This document shows, one piece after another, positions 39,501 through 54,500 of a stretch of DNA of 64,000 bases. Source of the stretch: Auanema rhodensis (lineage: Eukaryota > Animalia > Nematoda); contig OZ059894.1 in NCBI GenBank assembly GCA_964057225.1, forward strand, positions 3,038,001 through 3,102,000, written 5' to 3'. The translations under genes were made by a program, and so were the position numbers. Every line of letters starts with the position of its first letter. Position 1 is the stretch's first letter. The notes under the pieces are model-generated. The model was given only the letters and a program-made list of their open reading frames with translations, was not told the DNA's origin and did no database searches.

Positions 39501-42500
39501 TTTTGGAAGCAATGTTGAGTGTACATGGAAACTCAACATACACTAATGCATCATTTTTCAAACGATCATAACTAATTTTTGTATTAAGCGTTTTTCAATG
39601 TAGTATAGTGCATTCGATGCGGATTTTCAAGCTGCGTCGATCTGTGTTATCAGATTTGCGCTAGCTTAAAAATGCACCGAGATATCAACTGATATAAGTT
39701 CACACTTATATCCTCGATTTTCACCCTGAAGAATTAATTTTTTCGATGAATAACATTGTCCATCGTCTTTGCCTTGAAAAAAGGAATCTAAAAACATCTA
39801 CTTTTCGCTAAATTATTTTGAAATTTTTCGAAAAAATTTTTGTCAAAATGTTTTTGGAAGCAATGTTGAGTGTACATGGAAACTCAACATACACTAATGC
39901 ATCATTTTTCAAACGATCATAACTAATTTTTGTATTGAGCGTTTTTCAATGTAGTATAGTGCATTCGATGCGGATTTTTAAGCTGCGTCGATCTGTGTTA
40001 TCCGATTTGCGCTAGCTGAAAAATGCACCGAGATATCAACTGATATAAGTTCACACTTATATCCTCGATTTTCACCCTGAAGAATTAATTTTTTCGTTGA
40101 ATAACATTGTCCATCGTCTTTGCCTTGAAAAAAGGAATCTAAAAACATCTACTTTTTGCTAAATTATTCTGAAATTTTTCGAAAAAATTTTTGTCAAAAT
40201 GTTTTTGGAAGCAATGTTGAGTGTACATGGAAACTCAACATACACTAATGCATCATTTTTCAAACGATCATAACTAATTTTTGTATTAAGCGTTTTTCAA
40301 TGTAGTATAGTGCATTCGATGCGGATTTTCAAGCTGCGTCGATCTGTGTTATCAGATTTGCGCTAGCTTAAAAATGCACCGAGATATCAACTGATATAAG
40401 TTCACACTTATATCCTCGATTTTCACCCTGAAGAATTACTTTTTTCGATGAATAACATTGTCCATCGTCTTTGCCTTGAAAAAAGGAATCTAAAAACATC
40501 TACTTTTCGCTAAATTATTTTGAAATTTTTCGAAAAAATTTTTGTCAAAATGTTTTTGGAAGCAATGTTGAGTGTACATGGAAACTCAACATACACTAAT
40601 GCATCATTTTTCAAACAATCATAACTAATTTTTGTATTAAGCGTTTTTCAATGTAGTATAGTGCATTCGATGCGGATTTTTAAGCTGCGTCGATCTGTGT
40701 TATCCGATTTGCGCTAGCTGAAAAATGCACCGAGATATCAACTGATATAAGTTCACACTTATATCCTCGATTTTCACCCTGAAGAATTAATTTTTTCGTT
40801 GAATAACATTGTCCATCGTCTTTGCCTTGAAAAAAAAAATCTAAAAACATCTACTTTTTGCTAAATTATTTTGAAATTTTTCGAAAAAATTTTTTTCAAA
40901 ATGTTTTTGGAAGCAATGTTGAGTGTACATGGAAACTCAACATACACTAATGCATCATTTTTCAAACGATCATAACTAATTTTTGTATTGAGCGTTTTTC
41001 AATGTAGTATAGTGCATTCGATGCGGATTTTTAAGCTGCGTCGAGCTGTGTTATCAGATTTGCGCTAGCTTAAAAATGCACCGAGATATCAACTGATATA
41101 AGTTCACACATATATCCTCGATTTTCACCCTGAAGAATTAATTTTTTCGTTGAATAACATTGTCCATCGTCTTTGCCTTGAAAAAAGGAATCTAAAAACA
41201 TCTACTTTTCGCTAAATTATTTTGAAATTTTTCGAAAAAATTTTTGTCAAAATGTTTTTGGAAGCAATGTTGAGTGTACATGGAAACTCAACATACACTA
41301 ATGCATCATTTTTCAAACGATCATAACTAATTTTTGTATTAAGCGTTTTTCAATGTAGTATAGTGCATTCGATGCGGATTTTTAAGCTGCGTCGATCTGT
41401 GTTATCCGATTTGCGCTAGCTGAAAAATGCACCGAGATATCAACTGATATAAGTTCACACTTATATCCTCGATTTTCACCCTGAAGAATTAATTTTTTCG
41501 TTGAATAACATTGTCCATCGTCTTCGCCTTGAAAAAAAAAATCTAAAAACATCTACTTTTTGCTAAATTATTTTGAAATTTTTCGAAAAAATTTTTTTCA
41601 AAATGTTTTTGGAAGCAATGTTGAGTGTACATGGAAACTCAACATACACTAATGCATCATTTTTCAAACGATCATAACTAATTTTTGTATTGAGCGTTTT
41701 TCAATGTAGTATAGTGCATTCGATGCGGATTTTTAAGCTGCGTCGATCTGTGTTATCAGATTTGCGCTAGCTTAAAAATGCACCGAGATATCAACTGATA
41801 TAAGTTCACACTTATATCCTCGATTTTCACCCTGAAGAATTAATTTTTTCGATGAATAACATTGTCCATCGTCTTTGCCTTGAAAAAAGGAATCTAAAAA
41901 CATCTACTTTTCGCTAAATTATCTTGAAATTTTTCGAAAAAATTTTTGTCAAAATGTTTTTGGAAGCAATGTTGAGTGTACATGGAAACTCAACATACAC
42001 TAATGCATCATTTTTCAAACAATCATAACTAATTTTTGTATTAAGCGTTTTTCAATGTAGTATAGTGCATTCGATGCGGATTTTTAAGCTGCGTCGATCT
42101 GTGTTATCCGATTTGCGATAGCTGAAAAATGCACCGAGATATCAACTGATATAAGTTCACACTTATATCCTCGATTTTCACCCTGAAGAATTAATTTTTT
42201 CGTTGAATAACATTGTCCATCGTCTTTGCCTTGAAAAAAAGAATCTAAAAACATCTACTTTTTGCTAAATTATTTTGAAATTTTTCGAAAAAATTTTTGT
42301 CAAAATGTTTTTGGAAGCAATGTTGAGTGTACATGGAAACTCAACATACACTAATGCATCATTTTTCAAACAATCATAACTAATTTTTGTATTAAGCGTT
42401 TTTCAATGTAGTATAGTGCATTCGATGCGGATTTTTAAGCTGCGTCGATCTGTGTTATCCGATTTGCGCTAGCTGAAAAATGCAACGAGATATCAACTGA

Positions 42501-45500
42501 TATAAGTTCACACTTATATCCTCGATTTTCACCCTGAAGAATTAATTTTTTCGTTGAATAACATTGTCCATCGTCTTTGCCTTGAAAAAAAGAATCTAAA
42601 AACATCTACTTTTTGCTAAATTATTTTGAAATTTTTCGAAAAAATTTTTGTCAAAATGTTTTTGGAAGCAATGTTGAGTGTACATGGAAACTCAACATAC
42701 ACTAATGCATCATTTTTCAAACAATCATAACTAATTTTTGTATTGAGCGTTTTTCAATGTAGTATAGTGCATTCGATGCGGATTTTTAAGCTGCGTCGAG
42801 CTGTGTTATCAGATTTGCGCTAGCTTAAAAATGCACCGAGATATCAACTGATATAAGTTCACACATATATCCTCGATTTTCACCCTGAAGAATTAATTTT
42901 TTCGTTGAATAACATTGTCCATCGTCTTTGCCTTGAAAAAAGGAATCTAAAAACATCTACTTTTCGCTAAATTATTTTGAAATTTTTCGAAAAAATTTTT
43001 GTCAAAATGTTTTTGGAAGCAATGTTGAGTGTACATGGAAACTCAACATACACTAATGCATCATTTTTCAAACGATTATAACTAATTTTTGTATTAAGCG
43101 TTTTTCAATGTAGTATAGTGCATTCGATGCGGATTTTCAAGCTGCGTCGATCTGTGTTATCAGATTTGCGCTAGCTTAAAAATGCACCGAGATATCAACT
43201 GATATAAGTTCACACTTATATCCTCGATTTTCACCCTGAAGAATTAATTTTTTCGTTGAATAACATTGTCCATCGTCTTTGCCTTGAAAAAAGGAATCTA
43301 AAAACATCTACTTTTCGCTAAATTATTTTGAAATTTTTCGAAAAAATTTTTGTCAAAATGTTTTTGGAAGCAATGTTGAGTGTACATGGAAACTCAACAT
43401 ACACTAATGCATCATTTTTCAAACAATCATAACTAATTTTTGTATTAAGCGTTTTTCAATGTAGTATAGTGCATTCGATGCGGATTTTTAAGCTGCGTCG
43501 ATCTGTGTTATCCGATTTGCGCTAGCTGAAAAATGCAACGAGATATCAACTGATATAAGTTCACACTTATATCCTCGATTTTCACCCTGAAGAATTAATT
43601 TTTTCGTTGAATAACATTGTCCATCGTCTTTGCCTTGAAAAAAAGAATCTAAAAACATCTACTTTTTGCTGAATTATTTTGAAATTTTTCGAAAAAATTT
43701 TTGTCAAAATGTTTTTGGAAGCAATGTTGAGTGTACATGGAAACTCAACATACACTAATGCATCATTTTTCAAACGATCATAACTAATTTTTGTATTAAG
43801 CGTTTTTCAATGTAGTATAGTGCATTCGATGCGGATTTTCAAGCTGCGTCGATCTGTGTTATCAGATTTGCGCTAGCTTAAAAATGCACCGAGATATCAA
43901 CTGATATAAGTTCACACTTATATCCTCGATTTTCACCCTGAAGAATTACTTTTTTCGATGAATAACATTGTCCATCGTCTTTGCCTTGAAAAAAGGAATC
44001 TAAAAACATCTACTTTTCGCTAAATTATTTTGAAATTTTTCGAAAAAATTTTTGTCAAAATGTTTTTGGAAGCAATGTTGAGTGTACATGGAAACTCAAC
44101 ATACACTAATGCATCATTTTTCAAACAATCATAACTAATTTTTGTATTAAGCGTTTTTCAATGTAGTATAGTGCATTCGATGCGGATTTTTAAGCTGCGT
44201 CGATCTGTGTTATCCGATTTGCGCTAGCTGAAAAATGCAACGAGATATCAACTGATATAAGTTCACACTTATATCCTCGATTTTCACCCTGAAGAATTAA
44301 TTTTTTCGTTGAATAACATTGTCCATCGTCTTTGCCTTGAAAAAAAGAATCTAAAAACATCTACTTTTTGCTGAATTATTTTGAAATTTTTCGAAAAAAT
44401 TTTTGTCAAAATGTTTTTGGAAGCAATGTTGAGTGTACATGGAAACTCAACATACACTAATGCATCATTTTTCAAACGATCATAACTAATTTTTGTATTA
44501 AGCGTTTTTCAATGTAGTATAGTGCATTCGATGCGGATTTTCAAGCTGCGTCGATCTGTGTTATCAGATTTGCGCTAGCTTAAAAATGCACCGAGATATC
44601 AACTGATATAAGTTCACACTCATATCCTCGATTTTCACCCTGAAGAATTACTTTTTTCGATGAATAACATTGTCCATCGTCTTTGCCTTGAAAAAAGGAA
44701 TCTAAAAACATCTACTTTTCGCTAAATTATTTTGAAATTTTTCGAAAAAATTTTTGTCAAAATGTTTTTGGAAGCAATGTTGAGTGTACATGGAAACTCA
44801 ACATACACTAATGCATCATTTTTCAAACAATCATAACTAATTTTTGTATTAAGCGTTTTTCAATGTAGTATAGTGCATTCGATGCGGATTTTTAAGCTGC
44901 GTCGATCTGTGTTATCCGATTTGCGCTAGCTGAAAAATGCACCGAGATATCAACTGATATAAGTTCACACTTATATCCTCGATTTTCACCCTGAAGAATT
45001 AATTTTTTCGTTGAATAACATTGTCCATCGTCTTTGCCTTGAAAAAAAAATCTAAAAACATCTACTTTTTGCTAAATTATTTTGAAATTTTTCGAAAAAA
45101 TTTTTTTCAAAATGTTTTTGGAAGCAATGTTGAGTGTACATGGAAACTCAACATACACTAATGCATCATTTTTCAAACGATCATAACTAATTTTTGTATT
45201 AAGCGTTTTTCAATGTAGTATAGTGCATTCGATGCGGATTTTCAAGCTGCGTCGATCTGTGTTATCAGATTTGCGCTAGCTTAAAAATGCACCGAGATAT
45301 CAACTGATATAAGTTCACACTTATATCCTCGATTTTCACCCTGAAGAATTACTTTTTTCGATGAATAACATTGTCCATCGTCTTTGCCTTGAAAAAAGGA
45401 ATCTAAAAACATCTACTTTTCGCTAAATTATTTTGAAATTTTTCGAAAAAATTTTTGTCAAAATGTTTTTGGAAGCAATGTTGAGTGTACATGGAAACTC

Positions 45501-48500
45501 AACATACACTAATGCATCATTTTTCAAACAATCATAACTAATTTTTGTATTAAGCGTTTTTCAATGTAGTATAGTGCATTCGATGCGGATTTTTAAGCTG
45601 CGTCGATCTGTGTTATCCGATTTGCGCTAGCTGAAAAATGCAACGAGATATCAACTGATATAAGTTCACACTTATATCCTCGATTTTCACCCTGAAGAAT
45701 TAATTTTTTCGTTGAATAACATTGTCCATCGTCTTTGCCTTGAAAAAAAGAATCTAAAAACATCTACTTTTTGCTGAATTATTTTGAAATTTTTCGAAAA
45801 AATTTTTGTCAAAATGTTTTTGGAAGCAATGTTGAGTGTACATGGAAACTCAACATACACTAATGCATCATTTTTCAAACGATCATAACTAATTTTTGTA
45901 TTAAGCGTTTTTCAATGTAGTATAGTGCATTCGATGCGGATTTTCAAGCTGCGTCGATCTGTGTTATCAGATTTGCGCTAGCTTAAAAATGCACCGAGAT
46001 ATCAACTGATATAAGTTCACACTTATATCCTCGATTTTCACCCTGAAGAATTACTTTTTTCGATGAATAACATTGTCCATCGTCTTTGCCTTGAAAAAAG
46101 GAATCTAAAAACATCTACTTTTCGCTAAATTATTTTGAAATTTTTCGAAAAAATTTTTGTCAAAATGTTTTTGGAAGCAATGTTGAGTGTACATGGAAAC
46201 TCAACATACACTAATGCATCATTTTTCAAACAATCATAACTAATTTTTGTATTAAGCGTTTTTCAATGTAGTATAGTGCATTCGATGCGGATTTTTAAGC
46301 TGCGTCGATCTGTGTTATCCGATTTGCGCTAGCTGAAAAATGCACCGAGATATCAACTGATATAAGTTCACACTTATATCCTCGATTTTCACCCTGAAGA
46401 ATTAATTTTTTCGTTGAATAACATTGTCCATCGTCTTTGCCTTGAAAAAAAAATCTAAAAACATCTACTTTTTGCTAAATTATTTTGAAATTTTTCGAAA
46501 AAATTTTTTTCAAAATGTTTTTGGAAGCAATGTTGAGTGTACATGGAAACTCAACATACACTAATGCATCATTTTTCAAACGATCATAACTAATTTTTGT
46601 ATTGAGCGTTTTTCAATGTAGTATAGTGCATTCGATGCGGATTTTTAAGCTGCGTCGAGCTGTGTTATCAGATTTGCGCTAGCTTAAAAATGCACCGAGA
46701 TATCAACTGATATAAGTTCACACATATATCCTCGATTTTCACCCTGAAGAATTAATTTTTTCGTTGAATAACATTGTCCATCGTCTTTGCCTTGAAAAAA
46801 GGAATCTAAAAACATCTACTTTTCGCTAAATTATTTTGAAATTTTTCGAAAAAATTTTTGTCAAAATGTTTTTGGAAGCAATGTTGAGTGTACATGGAAA
46901 CTCAACATACACTAATGCATCATTTTTCAAACGATCATAACTAATTTTTGTATTAAGCGTTTTTCAATGTAGTATAGTGCATTCGATGCGGATTTTTAAG
47001 CTGCGTCGATCTGTGTTATCCGATTTGCGTTAGCTCAAAAATGCACCGAGATATCAACTGATATAAGTTCACACTTATATCCTCGATTTTCACCCTGAAG
47101 AATTAATTTTTTCGTTGAATAACATTGTCCATCGTCTTTGCCTTGAAAAAAAAAATCTAAAAACATCTACTTTTTGCTAAATTATTTTGAAATTTTTCGA
47201 AAAAATTTTTTTCAAAATGTTTTTGGAAGCAATGTTGAGTGTACATGGAAACTCAACATACACTAATGCATCATTTTTCAAACGATCATAACTAATTTTT
47301 GTATTAAGCGTTTTTCAATGTAGTATAGTGCATTCGATGCGGATTTTTAAGCTGCGTCGAGCTGTGTTATCCGATTTGCGCTAGCTGAAAAATGCACCGA
47401 GATATCAACTGATATAAGTTCACACTTATATCCTCGATTTTCACCCTGAAGAATTAATTTTTTCGTTGAATAACATTGTCCATCGTCTTTGCCTTGAAAA
47501 AAGGAATCTAAAAACATCTACTTTTCGCTAAATTATTTTGAAATTTTTCGAAAAAATTTTTGTCAAAATGTTTTTGGAAGCAATGTTGAGTGTACATGGA
47601 AACTCAACATACACTAATGCATCATTTTTCAAACGATCATAACTAATTTTTGTATTAAGCGTTTTTCAATGTAGTATAGTGCATTCGATGCGGATTTTTA
47701 AGCTGCGTCGATCTGTGTTATCCGATTTGCGCTAGCTGAAAAATGCACCGAGATATCAACTGATATAAGTTCACACTTATATCCTCGATTTTCACCCTGA
47801 AGAATTAATTTTTTCGTTGAATAACATTGTCCATCGTCTTTGCCTTGAAAAAAAAAATCTAAAAACATCTACTTTTTGCTAAATTATTTTGAAATTTTTC
47901 GAAAAAATTTTTTTCAAAATGTTTTTGGAAGCAATGTTGAGTGTACATGGAAACTCAACATACACTAATGCATCATTTTTCAAACGATCATAACTAATTT
48001 TTGTATTGAGCGTTTTTCAATGTAGTATAGTGCATTCGATGCGGATTTTTAAGCTGCGTCGAGCTGTGTTATCAGATTTGCGCTAGCTTAAAAATGCACC
48101 GAGATATCAACTGATATAAGTTCACACATATATCCTCGATTTTCACCCTGAAGAATTAATTTTTTCGTTGAATAACATTGTCCATCGTCTTTGCCTTGAA
48201 AAAAGGAATCTAAAAACATCTACTTTTCGCTAAATTATTTTGAAATTTTTCGAAAAAATTTTTGTCAAAATGTTTTTGGAAGCAATGTTGAGTGTACATG
48301 GAAACTCAACATACACTAATGCATCATTTTTCAAACGATCATAACTAATTTTTGTATTAAGCGTTTTTCAATGTAGTATAGTGCATTCGATGCGGATTTT
48401 CAAGCTGCGTCGATCTGTGTTATCAGATTTGCGCTAGCTTAAAAATGCACCGAGATATCAACTGATATAAGTTCACACTTATATCCTCGATTTTCACCCT

Positions 48501-51500
48501 GAAGAATTAATTTTTTCGTTGAATAACATTGTCCATCGTCTTTGCCTTGAAAAAAGGAATCTAAAAACATCTACTTTTCGCTAAATTATTTTGAAATTTT
48601 TCGAAAAAATTTTTGTCAAAATGTTTTTGGAAGCAATGTTGAGTGTACATGGAAACTCAACATACACTAATGCATCATTTTTCAAACAATCATAACTAAT
48701 TTTTGTATTAAGCGTTTTTCAATGTAGTATAGTGCATTCGATGCGGATTTTTAAGCTGCGTCGATCTGTGTTATCCGATTTGCGCTAGCTGAAAAATGCA
48801 CCGAGATATCAACTGATATAAGTTCACACTTATATCCTCGATTTTCACCCTGAAGAATTAATTTTTTCGTTGAATAACATTGTCCATCGTCTTTGCCTTG
48901 AAAAAAAAATCTAAAAACATCTACTTTTTGCTAAATTATTTTGAAATTTTTCGAAAAAATTTTTTTCAAAATGTTTTTGGAAGCAATGTTGAGTGTACAT
49001 GGAAACTCAACATACACTAATGCATCATTTTTCAAACGATCATAACTAATTTTTGTATTGAGCGTTTTTCAATGTAGTATAGTGCATTCGATGCGGATTT
49101 TTAAGCTGCGTCGAGCTGTGTTATCAGATTTGCGCTAGCTTAAAAATGCACCGAGATATCAACTGATATAAGTTCACACATATATCCTCGATTTTCACCC
49201 TGAAGAATTAATTTTTTCGTTGAATAACATTGTCCATCGTCTTTGCCTTGAAAAAAGGAATCTAAAAACATCTACTTTTCGCTAAATTATTTTGAAATTT
49301 TTCGAAAAAATTTTTGTCAAAATGTTTTTGGAAGCAATGTTGAGTGTACATGGAAACTCAACATACACTAATGCATCATTTTTCAAACGATCATAACTAA
49401 TTTTTGTATTAAGCGTTTTTCAATGTAGTATAGTGCATTCGATGCGGATTTTTAAGCTGCGTCGATCTGTGTTATCCGATTTGCGCTAGCTGAAAAATGC
49501 ACCGAGATATCAACTGATATAAGTTCACACTTATATCCTCGATTTTCACCCTGAAGAATTAATTTTTTCGTTGAATAACATTGTCCATCGTCTTTGCCTT
49601 GAAAAAAAAAATCTAAAAACATCTACTTTTTGCTAAATTATTTTGAAATTTTTCGAAAAAATTTTTTTCAAAATGTTTTTGGAAGCAATGTTGAGTGTAC
49701 ATGGAAACTCAACATACACTAATGCATCATTTTTCAAACGATCATAACTAATTTTTGTATTGAGCGTTTTTCAATGTAGTATAGTGCATTCGATGCGGAT
49801 TTTTAAGCTGCGTCGAGCTGTGTTATCAGATTTGCGCTAGCTTAAAAATGCACCGAGATATCAACTGATATAAGTTCACACATATATCCTCGATTTTCAC
49901 CCTGAAGAATTAATTTTTTCGTTGAATAACATTGTCCATCGTCTTTGCCTTGAAAAAAGGAATCTAAAAACATCTACTTTTCGCTAAATTATTTTGAAAT
50001 TTTTCGAAAAAATTTTTGTCAAAATGTTTTTGGAAGCAATGTTGAGTGTACATGGAAACTCAACATACACTAATGCATCATTTTTCAAACGATCATAACT
50101 AATTTTTGTATTAAGCGTTTTTCAATGTAGTATAGTGCATTCGATGCGGATTTTCAAGCTGCGTCGATCTGTGTTATCAGATTTGCGCTAGCTTAAAAAT
50201 GCACCGAGATATCAACTGATATAAGTTCACACTTATATCCTCGATTTTCACCCTGAAGAATTAATTTTTTCGTTGAATAACATTGTCCATCGTCTTTGCC
50301 TTGAAAAAAGGAATCTAAAAACATCTACTTTTCGCTAAATTATTTTGAAATTTTTCGAAAAAATTTTTGTCAAAATGTTTTTGGAAGCAATGTTGAGTGT
50401 ACATGGAAACTCAACATACACTAATGCATCATTTTTCAAACAATCATAACTAATTTTTGTATTAAGCGTTTTTCAATGTAGTATAGTGCATTCGATGCGG
50501 ATTTTTAAGCTGCGTCGATCTGTGTTATCCGATTTGCGCTAGCTGAAAAATGCACCGAGATATCAACTGATATAAGTTCACACTTATATCCTCGATTTTC
50601 ACCCTGAAGAATTAATTTTTTCGTTGAATAACATTGTCCATCGTCTTTGCTTTGAAGAAAGGAATCTAAAAACATCTACTTTTTGCTAAATTATTCTGAA
50701 ATTTTTCGAAAAAATTTTTGTCAAAATGTTTTTGGAAGCAATGTTGAGTGTACATGGAAACTCAACATACACTAATGCATCATTTTTCAAACGATCATAA
50801 CTAATTTTTGTATTAAGCGTTTTTCAATGTAGAATAGTGCATTCGATGCGGATTTTCAAGCTGCGTCGATCTGTGTTATCAGATTTGCGCTAGCTTAAAA
50901 ATGCACCGAGATATCAACTGATATAAGTTCACACTTATATCCTCGATTTTCACCCTGAAGAATTAATTTTTTCGATGAATAACATTGTCCATCGTCTTTG
51001 CCTTGAAAAAAGGAATCTAAAAACATCTACTTTTCGCTAAATTATTTTGAAATTTTTCGAAAAAATTTTTGTCAAAATGTTTTTGGAAGCAATGTTGAGT
51101 GTACATGGAAACTCAACATACACTAATGCATCATTTTTCAAACAATCATAACTAATTTTTGTATTAAGCGTTTTTCAATGTAGTATAGTGCATTCGATGC
51201 GGATTTTTAAGCTGCGTCGATCTGTGTTATCCGATTTGCGCTAGCTGAAAAATGCACCGAGATATCAACTGATATAAGTTCACACTTATATCCTCGATTT
51301 TCACCCTGAAGAATTAATTTTTTCGTTGAATAACATTGTCCATCGTCTTTGCCTTGAAAAAAAGAATCTAAAAACATCTACTTTTTGCTAAATTATTTTG
51401 AAATTTTTCGAAAAAATTTTTGTCAAAATGTTTTTGGAAGCAATGTTGAGTGTACATGGAAACTCAACATACACTAATGCATCATTTTTCAAACGATCAT

Positions 51501-54500
51501 AACTAATTTTTGTATTGAGCGTTTTTCAATGTAGTATAGTGCATTCGATGCGGATTTTTAAGCTGCGTCGATCTGTGTTATCCGATTTGCGCTAGCTGAA
51601 AAATGCACCGAGATATCAACTGATATAAGTTCACACTTATATCCTCGATTTTCACCCTGAAGAATTAATTTTTTCGTTGAATAACATTGTCCATCGTCTT
51701 TGCCTTGAAAAAAAGAATCTAAAAACATCTACTTTTTGCTAAATTATTTTGAAATTTTTCGAAAAAATTTTTGTCAAAATGTTTTTGGAAGCAATGTTGA
51801 GTGTACATGGAAACTCAACATACACTAATGCATCATTTTGCAAACGATCATAACTAATTTTTGTATTAAGCGTTTTTTAATGTAGTATAGTGCATTCGAT
51901 GCGGATTTTCAAGCTGCGTCGATCTGTGTTATCAGATTTGAGCTAGCTTAAAAATGCACCGAGATATCAACTGATATAAGTTCACACTTATATCCTCGAT
52001 TTTCACCCTGAAGAATTAATTTTTTCGTTGAATAACATTGTCCATCGTCTTTGCTTTGAAGAAAGGAATCTAAAAACATCTACTTTTTGCTAAATTATTC
52101 TGAAATTTTTCGAAAAAATTTTTGTCAAAATGTTTTTGGAAGCAATGTTGAGTGTACATGGAAACTCAACATACACTAATGCATCATTTTTCAAACGATC
52201 ATAACTAATTTTTGTATTAAGCGTTTTTCAATGTAGAATAGTGCATTCGATGCGGATTTTCAAGCTGCGTCGATCTGTGTTATCAGATTTGCGCTAGCTT
52301 AAAAATGCACCGAGATATCAACTGATATAAGTTCACACTTATATCCTCGATTTTCACCCTGAAGAATTAATTTTTTCGATGAATAACATTGTCCATCGTC
52401 TTTGCCTTGAAAAAAGGAATCTAAAAACATCTACTTTTCGCTAAATTATTTTGAAATTTTTCGAAAAAATTTTTGTCAAAATGTTTTTGGAAGCAATGTT
52501 GAGTGTACATGGAAACTCAACATACACTAATGCATCATTTTTCAAACAATCATAACTAATTTTTGTATTAAGCGTTTTTCAATGTAGTATAGTGCATTCG
52601 ATGCGGATTTTTAAGCTGCGTCGATCTGTGTTATCCGATTTGCGCTAGCTGAAAAATGCACCGAGATATCAACTGATATAAGTTCACACTTATATCCTCG
52701 ATTTTCACCCTGAAGAATTAATTTTTTCGTTGAATAACATTGTCCATCGTCTTTGCTTTGAAGAAAGGAATCTAAAAACATCTACTTTTTGCTAAATTAT
52801 TCTGAAATTTTTCGAAAAAATTTTTGTCAAAATGTTTTTGGAAGCAATGTTGAGTGTACATGGAAACTCAACATACACTAATGCATCATTTTTCAAACGA
52901 TCATAACTAATTTTTGTATTAAGCGTTTTTCAATGTAGAATAGTGCATTCGATGCGGATTTTCAAGCTGCGTCGATCTGTGTTATCAGATTTGCGCTAGC
53001 TTAAAAATGCACCGAGATATCAACTGATATAAGTTCACACTTATATCCTCGATTTTCACCCTGATGAATTAATTTTTTCGATGAATAACATTGTCCATCG
53101 TCTTTGCCTTGAAAAAAGGAATCTAAAAACATCTACTTTTCGCTAAATTATTTTGAAATTTTTCGAAAAAATTTTTGTCAAAATGTTTTTGGAAGCAATG
53201 TTGAGTGTACATGGAAACTCAACATACACTAATGCATCATTTTTCAAACAATCATAACTAATTTTTGTATTAAGCGTTTTTCAATGTAGTATAGTGCATT
53301 CGATGCGGATTTTTAAGCTGCGTCGATCTGTGTTATCCGATTTGCGCTAGCTGAAAAATGCACCGAGATATCAACTGATATAAGTTCACACTTATATCCT
53401 CGATTTTCACCCTGAAGAATTAATTTTTTCGTTGAATAACATTGTCCATCGTCTTTGCCTTGAAAAAAAGAATCTAAAAACATCTACTTTTTGCTAAATT
53501 ATTTTGAAATTTTTCGAAAAAATTTTTGTCAAAATGTTTTTGGAAGCAATGTTGAGTGTACATGGAAACTCAACATACACTAATGCATCATTTTTCAAAC
53601 GATCATAACTAATTTTTGTATTGAGCGTTTTTCAATGTAGTATAGTGCATTCGATGCGGATTTTTAAGCTGCGTCGATCTGTGTTATCCGATTTGCGCTA
53701 GCTGAAAAATGCACCGAGATATCAACTGATATAAGTTCACACTTATATCCTCGATTTTCACCCTGAAGAATTAATTTTTTCGTTGAATAACATTGTCCAT
53801 CGTCTTTGCCTTGAAAAAAAGAATCTAAAAACATCTACTTTTTGCTAAATTATTTTGAAATTTTTCGAAAAAATTTTTGTCAAAATGTTTTTGGAAGCAA
53901 TGTTGAGTGTACATGGAAACTCAACATACACTAATGCATCATTTTTCAAACGATCATAACTAATTTTTGTATTAAGCGTTTTTTAATGTAGTATAGTGCA
54001 TTCGATGCGGATTTTCAAGCTGCGTCGATCTGTGTTATCAGATTTGAGCTAGCTTAAAAATGCACCGAGATATCAACTGATATAAGTTCACACTTATATC
54101 CTCGATTTTCACCCTGAAGAATTAATTTTTTCGTTGAATAACATTGTCCATCGTCTTTGCTTTGAAGAAAGGAATCTAAAAACATCTACTTTTTGCTAAA
54201 TTATTCTGAAATTTTTCGAAAAAATTTTTGTCAAAATGTTTTTGGAAGCAATGTTGAGTGTACATGGAAACTCAACATACACTAATGCATCATTTTTCAA
54301 ACGATCATAACTAATTTTTGTATTAAGCGTTTTTCAATGTAGAATAGTGCATTCGATGCGGATTTTCAAGCTGCGTCGATCTGTGTTATCAGATTTGCGC
54401 TAGCTTAAAAATGCACCGAGATATCAACTGATATAAGTTCACACTTATATCCTCGATTTTCACCCTGAAGAATTAATTTTTTCGATGAATAACATTGTCC

